DNA of 64,000 nt from assembly GCA_017964465.1 (NCBI GenBank), contig JAGCRY010000126.1, positions 1,524 through 65,523 on the forward strand, read 5' to 3'. The notes beneath the pieces are model-generated. The model was not told the DNA's origin and did not search any database. It was given only the letters and a program-made list of their open reading frames with translations. Within the stretch, counting starts at the first letter, position 1. The number at the start of each line of letters is the position of its first letter. The translations under genes were made by a program, and so were the position numbers. This DNA comes from Bacteroidales bacterium (GTDB lineage: Bacteria; Bacteroidota; Bacteroidia; Bacteroidales; UBA3824). Below, one piece after another: positions 43,811-52,449 of this stretch.

Positions 43811-45925
43811 TTATTTGTTGTCAGTGCTGATTACTTTGAGTTCCATGCGGCGGTTCTTTGCGCGGTTTTCGTCGTTGGTGTTTGGCACGAGAGGCTGGGT
43901 TTTGCCGTAGCCTTTGGAGATTATCCTCGATTTTGCGATACCTTTTGTGATGAGGTATTCAGCGACGGCTGCAGCCCTCTGGTCGGAGAGTTTGAAGTTG
44001 TAGGCGTCGGCGCCGATGTCGTCGGTGTGCGCTGAAAGTTCAACCTTGATGTCGGAGTTCATCTTGAGGTTGTCAACAAGCATGTCGAGTTCCTCGTAGC
44101 TTGAGGGGTTGAGCGTTGAGCTGTTAGTCTCAAAGTTGATGTTTTCGAGTTCCATTTTCACGCCTTCTGTCATCTTCTTGATTTCGGCGTGGATTGTCAC
44201 GCTACCGTCGAGGTTTATGGTCTCGTCGGATGTTATGGCGAACTTCGTGGGGTCAAAATCTTGCTGACCTTGTGCAAGGTTTATTTTTTTCATCTTGTTG
44301 ACGGCGAGGTCTTTAGCACCGAGTGCTGTGGTCTGGTTGTAGAGAGTGTAGCCCTTCTTGGCGATGTTGACCTGATAGAGGTCGCCCTTGCGGAGCCAGA
44401 ACTCAGTGTTTCCGTCCGTGCCGGTGGTCTTTGATGTTGTGTAGCGGGAGATTGTGGAGATGTCCACAATGTTGACGTCGGCGGTTTCGCCGGGTTCGAG
44501 GCCGCGCACTTCCACGCGCAGGAGGATTTTGCTGGATTCAATTTCAGCGTCCTTTTCCACGGATTCAAAAAGCACGACTTGCGAGAGGTCGAGATTGAAC
44601 TCGTAGTCGGTGTAGAGGTCTTTTGTGATGAGGAATCCGAAGTTTTTGCCGATTGGGAGCGTCATCTTGTATCTGCCGGTTGCAAATTGGTCAGCCTTGA
44701 TTGTGGTGTCCTTGCCGTCGGCTGTGATGTGCATGTCGGCTTCGAGGGCATCGAACATGTCAGAGTCGAAAACGTTCAACTGCAGGTCGAGTTTGTCAAA
44801 GAAGTCGTAGTCGTTTTTGTTTTCGAGTTTGTTGGGTGTTGTCTCCACGATGTTGTGGGAGTAGCCCGGATGACTGAAGTCGATGAACACTGGCGTGCTT
44901 CCATTAAGGAAGAAGTCATATTCGCCTGTGATGTCATCACTGTTGAACTGAGCGAGAGTTATTGAGCTGAAAGCGTCGTTTACCTTTATGTCAGTACCGA
45001 GCGGCTTTTTTGTGGTGCGGTCGGTGGTCTTGCCGTAGTAGCGCGTGATTTTCTGATGCTTGAAGTTGTCGGGCAGGTCGGCTTTTACGAGCGCGTCAGA
45101 CTTCTTCTCTCCACGCGAGAAATACAACTGCTTTCCCTCGTAGTCGTATGTCGGTGTCAGGTCGTGGTACTGTCCGTTGAGCGTGTCGATTGGAATAGGA
45201 ATCATCCATGTCTTGGCGTCCGGACGGTATGTATAATAGATGTCGAAGTCCTCGCGTCCTTCCTTTCGGATTGAAGCGAAATAGATAGTCTTGCTGTCGG
45301 GCGCTACGTATGGCGCGGCGTCACATCCGAGCGTTACAGGCTCCGGCACGTCCTTGGCTGTTGACCATGTGCCGTCGGTCTTGTGGTTGCTCATGAAGAT
45401 TGTGCCGCACCGCTGGTCGGGGATGCTCACACCTTTTGCGGCTTCCTTTATCCTCGTGAAATAGATTGTGTTGCCGTCGGGCGCGATGGCGGGATAGCGT
45501 TCGTTCGAGGCAGTGTTTATACTGTCACCGAGCGGAGTCATGTCGCTCCATTTGCCGTTGCGCTTTGTGATGACGTAGATGTCAGTGTTTCCACTTCCAT
45601 TGTCGGCGGCGAAGTAGATTTTTGAGCCGTCGGAAGAAAGAGACGGTTCAAGGGGCTTGACGCTTTTCTTTTGGATGAGGTCGTTGAGCGGGTTGTTTTC
45701 GTACGGGTTAGCAAATGAGTTGCCACTCTTGGTGAATGTGATGAACGTTATCTGTCCGTCCTTCTCAATACCAACGATGGCGTGTTTTCCGTTGCCGGAG
45801 ATGTTTGCAGAGACCGCTTTTGAGCCTTCCGGGATTGGGAACGGATTTAGGGAATTGATCTGAGCCGTGCTTGAGCCGGCAATCATCAACGCTCCCAATG
45901 TCTGTATCAAAATCTTTTTTTTCAT
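43811..45925 (-). CDS. OmpA-family protein with PD40/TolB-like repeats and a C-terminal OmpA peptidoglycan-binding domain
   Basis: Signal peptide. Repeats of the SxDGxxIYF(A/T) type. C-terminal INFETNSSTL...VELSAHTDDIGADAYNFKLSDQRAAAVAEYL...GYGKTQP...NRRMELKV. Confidence 0.8.
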   Translation of the reverse strand: MKKKILIQTLGALMIAGSSTAQINSLNPFPIPEGSKAVSANISGNGKHAIVGIEKDGQITFITFTKSGNSFANPYENNPLNDLIQKKSVKPLEPSLSSDGSKIYFAADNGSGNTDIYVITKRNGKWSDMTPLGDSINTASNERYPAIAPDGNTIYFTRIKEAAKGVSIPDQRCGTIFMSNHKTDGTWSTAKDVPEPVTLGCDAAPYVAPDSKTIYFASIRKEGREDFDIYYTYRPDAKTWMIPIPIDTLNGQYHDLTPTYDYEGKQLYFSRGEKKSDALVKADLPDNFKHQKITRYYGKTTDRTTKKPLGTDIKVNDAFSSITLAQFNSDDITGEYDFFLNGSTPVFIDFSHPGYSHNIVETTPNKLENKNDYDFFDKLDLQLNVFDSDMFDALEADMHITADGKDTTIKADQFATGRYKMTLPIGKNFGFLITKDLYTDYEFNLDLSQVVLFESVEKDAEIESSKILLRVEVRGLEPGETADVNIVDISTISRYTTSKTTGTDGNTEFWLRKGDLYQVNIAKKGYTLYNQTTALGAKDLAVNKMKKINLAQGQQDFDPTKFAITSDETINLDGSVTIHAEIKKMTEGVKMELENINFETNSSTLNPSSYEELDMLVDNLKMNSDIKVELSAHTDDIGADAYNFKLSDQRAAAVAEYLITKGIAKSRIISKGYGKTQPLVPNTNDENRAKNRRMELKVISTDNK

Positions 45926-45959
45926 ATTTAGTTACAGTGGTTGTTAATATAATTTGTCG

Positions 45960-45967
45960 CAAATATA
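45960..45967 (-). promoter_or_regulatory. -7 promoter box TATATTTG (minus strand) for the OmpA-family operon
   Basis: The reverse complement of caaatata, 34 nt upstream of ATG 45925. Confidence 0.45.
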
Positions 45968-46019
45968 AATGTATTTTATATATCTTCCAAGAGAATCTAT
46001 GTTGAGAAATGGTTAATAA

Positions 46020-46075
46020 TTTTCACCCAAAAGTGGACATCCAAGTCCGAAAATTTATATATATTTTTGCATCGT
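46020..46075 (+). promoter_or_regulatory. Promoter module copy A (TTTTCACCCaAAAGTGG, inverted repeat GGAC..GTCC, CCGAAAATTT, -7 box TATTTTTG at 46062-46069)
   Basis: Aligns by eye with 47047-47100 at roughly three quarters of positions, including the exact TTTTCACCC and AAAGTGG blocks and the -7 box. Confidence 0.55.
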
Positions 46076-46152
46076 AAAAAAATATATTGTTTTGTTGTTT
46101 GGACGCTGCTTACATGGAACACTTAAAATCGGAAATTATTTTTTAGGTTCAG

Positions 46153-46197
46153 AACGGCTGCAGTTTATTGTTTTTGGGGGGTGCAGCCGTTTTTTTT
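46153..46197 (+). terminator. Hairpin plus T-run closing a short transcript from module A
   Basis: aacggctgca (46153-46162) pairs with tgcagccgtt (46182-46191). The loop is 19 nt, followed by tttttttt. Confidence 0.5.
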
Positions 46198-46263
46198 AGA
46201 ATTTTCATCGAAAAAAGTTGGCACTTTTGGGGCGTTTTTTTTGCTGACATCGCCAAAACTCCT

Positions 46264-46271
46264 TACCTTTG
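46264..46271 (+). promoter_or_regulatory. -7 promoter box TACCTTTG proximal to the LuxR gene
   Basis: Matches TAnnTTTG, 35 nt upstream of ATG 46306. Confidence 0.4.
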
Positions 46272-46305
46272 TCTCGTATATAAAAACAACACCCCCCAAC
46301 CCGAA

Positions 46306-47043
46306 ATGGATAAGAGCGTAAACGATTTTTTTGAATATCCAAACACGATGTTTGGCTACAACACCGATGAAAAACTTACTGTTGTAACCGCTTTGCATCT
46401 TGCCTCCGCCATCACAAGGATTAGCGGAAGTGGCATTTATATGGTGGACTACGAAAAAAATAGGGTTTTCTTCATGTCTGAAAACGTTGCAAGATGGTGC
46501 GGCATTCCGCCCGAGAAAGCCGGCAGCTACGATGAATATGTGAAATGCGTCCCAGACGACGATTATAAAATGCTCATAGAAATAAACGAGGCGACTTTCA
46601 AATATCTCCAAAATCTGCCCGACGATGAAATAATAAAATACACGCTTTCCTACAACTTCCACTTGAAAAAACTCTTGGTGCATCAATACTTTACGCCTGT
46701 TGTTGTGAAAGATGGCGTCATAAAAATTGGGCTTTTTGTCCTCACGACGCCCTCGGAGCAGGAATCTGGACGGATAATAATGCGCAGGTATGGCTCACCA
46801 GATTTTTATGAATATTCCCGCACCAAAAAAAGTTGGGAACTCAAGAAAGGCGTACTGCTTTCCGAAATTGAAAAACAAGTGCTTTGGCTCTCGGCGCAGG
46901 GCATGACGGTGGAGCAAATCGGAGAAGAAACCCACAAGTCGCCGGAAACCGTGAAGACCTACAAAAAACGTCTTTTCAAAAAACTCGGCGTTGCAAGCAT
47001 ATCCGAGGCTTTGATTTTTGCCATCAATAACAGGCTGCTATAA
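46306..47043 (+). CDS. LuxR-family transcriptional regulator (PAS-like N-terminal domain plus C-terminal LuxR/GerE HTH)
   Basis: C-terminal LSEIEKQVLWLSAQGMTVEQIGEETHKSPETVKTYKKRLFKKLGV. No receiver domain. ATG 46306 is preferred over track start 46168, which reads through the hairpin. Confidence 0.75.
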   Translation: MDKSVNDFFEYPNTMFGYNTDEKLTVVTALHLASAITRISGSGIYMVDYEKNRVFFMSENVARWCGIPPEKAGSYDEYVKCVPDDDYKMLIEINEATFKYLQNLPDDEIIKYTLSYNFHLKKLLVHQYFTPVVVKDGVIKIGLFVLTTPSEQESGRIIMRRYGSPDFYEYSRTKKSWELKKGVLLSEIEKQVLWLSAQGMTVEQIGEETHKSPETVKTYKKRLFKKLGVASISEALIFAINNRLL

Positions 47044-47046
47044 CTT

Positions 47047-47100
47047 TTTTCACCCGAAAGTGGTATCCAAATACCGAAATTTGTCATTATATTTGCATCA
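47047..47100 (+). promoter_or_regulatory. Promoter module copy B (TTTTCACCCgAAAGTGG, inverted repeat GGTAT..ATACC, CCGAAATTT, -7 box TATATTTG at 47088-47095)
   Basis: See copy A. It lies 3 nt after the LuxR stop and 35 nt upstream of ATG 47135. Confidence 0.55.
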
Positions 47101-47134
47101 ACGAACAAATGAAGTTATTAAAAAAGGAGTAGAA

Positions 47135-47713
47135 ATGATGAAAGTTTCCATTATATGTCTTATGTTGGCAATGCCGCTGACTATATGGGCGCAGGATGTT
47201 GATTATGAGATTGAAGGCGACAAGGGCAAGGAAATTGTGCTGAGTGTGAGCGGGTTCGCCGACGAGGGAAAATCGCAGCTTTCGGTGATGAAGACTTATG
47301 GCGACGACGATTTCAGCGTCTCAGATTTTGAGGACGGCAAGATTTCATTTTTGTTCAATTCTCCAAACGAATATGTCTTCGATTTCTGGGAGACGCTCGG
47401 CGAGTGCAAACAAAACACCACTGTGCGCTTTAAGATATTGAAAGACATAGAACTCTACATTCCTAACATTTTCACGCCCGACGGCGACGGCATAAACGAT
47501 CAGTTCCACATCAAATATGACCTCTGCCCCGACGAGTTCAACATTGTGATTTTCAACCGTGAGGGCAGGAAAATGTTCACTTCCGGCAATCCCGATTTCA
47601 GTTGGGACGGCTCGCGGTGTACTCCGGGCGTTTATAGTTACCGCATAAGTTATTCATATCGAGGCAGACAGAAAAACCTTTCAGGCTTCATCACTCTTGC
47701 TGACCGTCGATGA
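47135..47713 (+). CDS. Small secreted protein with a T9SS type-B (CHU_C / gliding-associated) C-terminal sorting domain
   Basis: Signal peptide MMKVSIICLMLAMPLTIWAQ. C-terminal IPNIFTPDGDGINDQFHI...IVIFNREGRKMF...FSWDG...PGVYSYRISY...GFITL. The passenger is only ~100 aa. An AGGAG sits 5 nt upstream of the ATG. Confidence 0.75.
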   Translation: MMKVSIICLMLAMPLTIWAQDVDYEIEGDKGKEIVLSVSGFADEGKSQLSVMKTYGDDDFSVSDFEDGKISFLFNSPNEYVFDFWETLGECKQNTTVRFKILKDIELYIPNIFTPDGDGINDQFHIKYDLCPDEFNIVIFNREGRKMFTSGNPDFSWDGSRCTPGVYSYRISYSYRGRQKNLSGFITLADRR

Positions 47714-48161
47714 TGATTTCGTCGTATTTGGGAATCTCTTTTAGAAAAGTGTATCTCGATTTCTCCGCGTCAAACTTCGCGCAATAATGGTTCAAGCCGT
47801 TTGTGACGATAATCAAAGGCGCTTTGAACTTTATGTTGTAGCGTGCGACTTGATTGAAAGTTTCTTGTGTGATTTTCACGTCTGCCGCCTTGCACTCCAC
47901 GACAACGAGCGGGCTGCCGTTTCGGTCGTAGATTACAATGTCGGAGCGTTTTTGGGTGTTGAAGAGTTTGAGCCCGTTTTCCGTCATCATCAGCGAGGCG
48001 GGGTAGTGGAGGTCTTCGATGAGATAATGTACAAAATTTTGCCTCACCCATTCTTCAGGGGTGAGAACGAGGTATTTTTTTCGTATTACGTCAAATATAT
48101 ATGTGTTTTGCCCGTCGGACTTTATGTTTAGGTCGTGGGGCGGCAGGTTTAGAGGTTCCAT
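47691..48161 (-). CDS. HsdR N-terminal-domain (PD-(D/E)xK-like) small protein
   Basis: TPEEWVRQNFVHYLIEDLHYPASLM...DIVIYDRNGSPLVVVECK resembles stand-alone type I restriction enzyme HsdR_N domain proteins. Its 3' end overlaps the convergent gene by 23 nt. Confidence 0.6.
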   Translation of the reverse strand: MEPLNLPPHDLNIKSDGQNTYIFDVIRKKYLVLTPEEWVRQNFVHYLIEDLHYPASLMMTENGLKLFNTQKRSDIVIYDRNGSPLVVVECKAADVKITQETFNQVARYNIKFKAPLIIVTNGLNHYCAKFDAEKSRYTFLKEIPKYDEIIIDGQQE

Positions 48162-48325
48162 TCTATGATGAATTGCTGTAAATTTCGCCGAAAGTTACAC
48201 ATTATTTTCACCATGGACAAAAAAATGACAGCAATTTTTTTGTATTGTGTGAAAAAAGCATTTATTTTGTGATTGGAAAAGAAATGTAATGCAACACAAA
48301 TCACCTCAAAAACACCCTAAGCATT

Positions 48326-49105
48326 ATGAAGACAAGAGAAGAAATTGTAAATAACTGGCTGCCAAGATATACGGGGCGTGAAATTGCCGAGTTTGACAAG
48401 TATGTGCTGCTCACAAATTTCTCCAATTACTTGGACTTGTTCGCCAAAAAGTTTGGAGTGAAGGTCATGGGACTCGACAAAAACATGCCGAGTGTCTCCG
48501 CCGAGGGCATCACACTCATCAACTTTGGCATGGGAAGCCCTAATGCCGCCACAATAATGGACTTATTGAGCGCGGTCAACCCCGAGGCGGTGCTGTTCCT
48601 CGGAAAATGTGGAGGCCTGAAAAAAATAAACAAACTCGGCGACATCATCCTCCCAATCGCCGCAATCCGTGGCGAGGGAACCTCTGGCGAGTATATGCCG
48701 CCCGAAGTGCCGGCTCTGCCCGCATTCCAGATTTTGAGGGCTGCGTCCGCCGTCGTCCGCGACCACGGGCACGACTACTGGACCGGCACGGTCTATACGA
48801 CAAACCGCCGCGTATGGGAGTGGGATGAGGATTTCAAAAACTATCTGCGCAAAATCCGCACCATGGGCATCGACATGGAGACCGCGACATTGTTCACTGT
48901 CGCCTTCAAGAACAAGATACCATGTGGCGCGATGCTCCTCGTTTCAGACCAGCCGATGGTTGCGTCAGGCGTGAAGACCCGCGAGAGCGACACAACCGTC
49001 ACTCGCAATTATGTCCAGGACCACCTCGACATGGGCATCCATACTCTCATGGAGATTAGGAACAACTGCCGGAGTGTGAAGCACTTGCGCTTCGATGAGG
49101 ACTAA
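48326..49105 (+). CDS. AMP nucleosidase-like nucleoside phosphorylase (PNP_UDP_1 family, short form)
   Basis: 259 aa. LINFGMGSPNAATIMD, GKCGGL, RGEGTS, DMETATLF. Confidence 0.7.
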   Translation: MKTREEIVNNWLPRYTGREIAEFDKYVLLTNFSNYLDLFAKKFGVKVMGLDKNMPSVSAEGITLINFGMGSPNAATIMDLLSAVNPEAVLFLGKCGGLKKINKLGDIILPIAAIRGEGTSGEYMPPEVPALPAFQILRAASAVVRDHGHDYWTGTVYTTNRRVWEWDEDFKNYLRKIRTMGIDMETATLFTVAFKNKIPCGAMLLVSDQPMVASGVKTRESDTTVTRNYVQDHLDMGIHTLMEIRNNCRSVKHLRFDED

Positions 49106-49126
49106 AAAAAATTATTGACACAAAAC

Positions 49127-50131
49127 ATGGCATCGACATACGAATCCATAATGACGGACTTGAAGGCTGGGAAATATGCGCCCATCTATATTTTGCAGGG
49201 TGACGAGCCATATTTCATCGACCAGATTTCCGGCTACATAGAAAACAATGTGCTCACCCCCGACGAGAGGGCGTTCAATCAGACTGTGGTGTATGGCAAG
49301 GACACCGACGTCAGGGATATTGACGTCATGTCGCGCCGCTTTCCGATGATGGCTAAGTATCAGGTTGTCATTGTGAAAGAGGCTCAAGAACTCAAAAAAA
49401 TTGACGACCTTGTCTTCTACGTCCAAAAGCCGCAGAAGACAACCATACTTGTCCTGTGCCACAAGTATAAGACGCTCGACAAACGCAAAAAACTCGCCTC
49501 ACTTGTGGAGAAGAGCGGTGTATTGTTCACATCCACAAAACTTTACGAGAACAAGATTCCGGCGTGGATTGACAATTACATAAAAGGCATCGGTCTGGTC
49601 AGCAATCCAAACGCAACACGTTTGCTCACGGAATATCTCGGCACCGACCTGTCGAAAATCAGCAATGAACTCGATAAACTCGCCATCGCCCTGCCGAAAG
49701 GCGCAGCGATAACGCCGGAGATTATTCAGGACAACATCGGCATTTCAAAGGACTACAACACCTTTGAACTCCAAAAAGTCATCAGCACGGGAAATGTGGA
49801 GAAGGCGGCGAGGATTGTGACTCACTTTGCCAAAAACCAGAAGGACAACCCGATAGTGTTGACCATAACGTCGCTCTATGGATTCTTCTCCAAGATGCTG
49901 ATATATTGGCAGTACGCCGGCAAAGACAATGCAACATTGGCGTCGGCGATTGGGTGCAGCCCGTATTTCCTCCGTGATTATCAGGAGGCGTCGAGGCTCA
50001 TGACGCTGCCACGTGTCATAAACGCCATATCGCTCCTTCGTGAATACGACCTCAAAAGCAAGGGCGTGGGGAATGTGTCAACCGACGGAGGCGCACTTTT
50101 GCAGGAATTGGTTTTCAAGATAATGCACTAA
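49127..50131 (+). CDS. holA: DNA polymerase III delta subunit
   Basis: APIYILQGDEPYFID..., VVIVKEAQEL, and a C-terminal helical domain. ATG 49127 is preferred over TTG 49115. Confidence 0.8.
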   Translation: MASTYESIMTDLKAGKYAPIYILQGDEPYFIDQISGYIENNVLTPDERAFNQTVVYGKDTDVRDIDVMSRRFPMMAKYQVVIVKEAQELKKIDDLVFYVQKPQKTTILVLCHKYKTLDKRKKLASLVEKSGVLFTSTKLYENKIPAWIDNYIKGIGLVSNPNATRLLTEYLGTDLSKISNELDKLAIALPKGAAITPEIIQDNIGISKDYNTFELQKVISTGNVEKAARIVTHFAKNQKDNPIVLTITSLYGFFSKMLIYWQYAGKDNATLASAIGCSPYFLRDYQEASRLMTLPRVINAISLLREYDLKSKGVGNVSTDGGALLQELVFKIMH

Positions 50132-50277
50132 ATTTTTATTTTGAAATAATTTTTTTGCAATTTTATTTGCATTTGGCGTATTTGTTGTTTAATTTTATGC
50201 AGAAAAATTTTGTGTCGTCGGGCGACTGTCCCGAAGTGCGCAAATGCTTGATAATTAGAAATTTAATATAATACGAG

Positions 50278-52422
50278 ATGAAATATAGTTTTCGCCTAAC
50301 GTTGAAAGTCAAGTTGCTGTTGGGGTTCGGTTTGCTCGGAATCCTACTGTTTTTCGCGTATCGCACCGTGAGCCAGGCGCAGGATGCCAACACTGTCACC
50401 GCGTCGGAGAACAGCGATTTGCTATTTCCGTCCATGATTTACACCGAGAAACTCAAGGACTTGATAGAGACCTCTCAATACCTCACGACCAAATGGACGC
50501 TAAAAGCCGAGCCGAAGGACAGCAAGCTGCTTAGCGAGATTGAGTCGTGCCACGGCGAAATGTATGATTCGCTCAAGTCCCAGATTGTCAAGTTTGTGGA
50601 CAAGGATCTATGGAACGACAAGAACAAGGAGATTTATTTCAAATTGACCTCCACAGTGGACACCCTGTTTGCTTTGCAGGACGACATCGTGGATAACCTC
50701 AACACCGTGGAGAAAATCAACGACAAGAGCAACTATTCTTTCAGACGCTACAGCCTTGTCGATGGCGAGGAGGCTGCATGCTACAAGCGGGCATACAACA
50801 CCGCTCTGAGGCTTGCAAATTCATTCCAGAAGGAATCCGCCGGAAAACTCGAGACGATGTTTGAAGGTTTTGATAAATCTGAAAAAGTGCTTACTTGGGG
50901 CATCATCATATTCTTTATATGTATGTTGGCGATTTACCTCTTGCTCAACCATAATCTCCGCAAACTCAACTACTTCAAGGAAAAGATTAAGGAAATGTCA
51001 GAAGGTATCCTGCCTGACATTGAGGTGAAAGGCAACGACGAAATCGCGGAAATGACGCAGACGCTCCGCACGTTGGTATCAAACCTCGACGAGACCTCTC
51101 ACTTCGCCATCAAGATTGGTGAAGGCAACTTCTCCACAGAGTTCAAGCCGAGGAGCAAGCATGACGTCTTGGCAAACTCCTTGCTCGTCATGCGTGACAA
51201 CCTCATCAAAGCCGAAAACGAAGCCGAGGAGCGTAAGGTCGAGAACTCGCAGCGTAACTGGGCGTCGCAGGGTCTCGCAGAGTTCAACGAAGTGTTGCGT
51301 AACGCGGGCGACGATATGCAGGTGCTTTCAAACAGGGTCATCGAGAGGCTCGTGCGCTACCTCGATGCAAACATGGGCGGCATCTACATTGTGGACGACT
51401 CCGACCCCGAAGACATTCACCTCGAACTCACGGCATTCTACGCATACGACCGCCTCAAATATGCAAAGCAGCGCATTGAGATTGGTGAAAACCTCGTAGG
51501 ACAGTGTTTCCGTGAGAATGAGACTGTATATATGACCGACATACCGAAAGGCTATGTCCACATCAGCAGCGGACTTGGCGAAGCTGACCCGACATGTTTG
51601 GTGATTGTGCCGTTGAAGGTGAACGCCGAGACGTTTGGTATCGTGGAGCTTGCATCGTTCCAGATAATCGAAAAATACCAGGTCGAGTTCATCGAGAAGA
51701 TTGGCGAGACCATCGCTTCGACCATTGCGAGTGTGAAAATCAACATGAACACCGCAAAACTTCTCGAAGAGTCCCACCAGAAATCCGAGCGACTTGCACA
51801 GCAGGAGTCTGAGGTGCACAAGAACATCGAGACCCTCAAATCAAAAATTGAAAACCTCGAGGAACTTAACAAACGCGAATCTGTCAAGTATCAGAAACTC
51901 CATGACGATTTTGAGAACCAGGCGGAGACAAACGCTTCCGTCATCCAGAAGCTCAATGACAAGAACGAGCAGCTCAAGGATGAAATCGTCATGAACCAGT
52001 ATATCCTCAACAATTCCGCCGGCTACTATGAACTCGACGCTCAGGGCTTCTTCATGAACATGAATGCAAGGTTCCTCAATGTTATTGTGATGCAGGCGTC
52101 GGAACTCGAAAGCCATGACGTCCGTTCATTCATGGTGAAAGAGGAGTCTGTCAAAAACTTCGACGAGGCGCTTAAGAAACTCGCCGACGGTCTTATCTAC
52201 TCCGCTCTCACCAAGTATTCATTCAACGGCAAGATTGTATATCTCAACGAAACCTACACGCCGATACGCGACGAGTACAATGTGCTCACCAAGATCTGCG
52301 TCATTTCAAAGAATATCACTATGGAAATTGAGAACGTCCGCGAGCTTAAGCGTCAGATTGCTGACCTGAAGAACGAGAACGAACTGCTCACCAACAAAGT
52401 GACTGCATTGACGACGAACTAA
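50278..52422 (+). CDS. Membrane HAMP-GAF-coiled-coil-PAS-like signalling protein without a recognisable output domain
   Basis: TM1 LLLGFGLLGILLFFAY, a ~170-aa extracytoplasmic helical region, TM2 WGIIIFFICMLAIYLLL, HAMP (LPDIEVKGNDEIAEMTQTLRTLVSNL), GAF (ANMGGIYIVDD...LVGQCF...IVPLKVNAETFGIVELASF), a long coiled coil, a PAS-like block and a terminal coiled coil. Confidence 0.7.
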   Translation: MKYSFRLTLKVKLLLGFGLLGILLFFAYRTVSQAQDANTVTASENSDLLFPSMIYTEKLKDLIETSQYLTTKWTLKAEPKDSKLLSEIESCHGEMYDSLKSQIVKFVDKDLWNDKNKEIYFKLTSTVDTLFALQDDIVDNLNTVEKINDKSNYSFRRYSLVDGEEAACYKRAYNTALRLANSFQKESAGKLETMFEGFDKSEKVLTWGIIIFFICMLAIYLLLNHNLRKLNYFKEKIKEMSEGILPDIEVKGNDEIAEMTQTLRTLVSNLDETSHFAIKIGEGNFSTEFKPRSKHDVLANSLLVMRDNLIKAENEAEERKVENSQRNWASQGLAEFNEVLRNAGDDMQVLSNRVIERLVRYLDANMGGIYIVDDSDPEDIHLELTAFYAYDRLKYAKQRIEIGENLVGQCFRENETVYMTDIPKGYVHISSGLGEADPTCLVIVPLKVNAETFGIVELASFQIIEKYQVEFIEKIGETIASTIASVKINMNTAKLLEESHQKSERLAQQESEVHKNIETLKSKIENLEELNKRESVKYQKLHDDFENQAETNASVIQKLNDKNEQLKDEIVMNQYILNNSAGYYELDAQGFFMNMNARFLNVIVMQASELESHDVRSFMVKEESVKNFDEALKKLADGLIYSALTKYSFNGKIVYLNETYTPIRDEYNVLTKICVISKNITMEIENVRELKRQIADLKNENELLTNKVTALTTN

Positions 52423-52449
52423 AAAGGAGCGTTATTCAGGCGAATTTTT

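Noticed and set aside
47691-48161. The HsdR_N-domain protein as evidence of a type I restriction-modification or other defence locus.
   Set aside because: There is no HsdM/HsdS, helicase or nuclease partner nearby. The neighbours are housekeeping genes (AMP nucleosidase, holA). Stand-alone proteins of this type are common.
50278-52422. The HAMP-GAF protein as the missing MCP of the CheA/CheW operon.
   Set aside because: By eye I cannot find the highly conserved MCP signalling-hairpin sequence, and the gene is 24 kb from the operon. I kept it only as a speculative candidate input, not as an MCP call.
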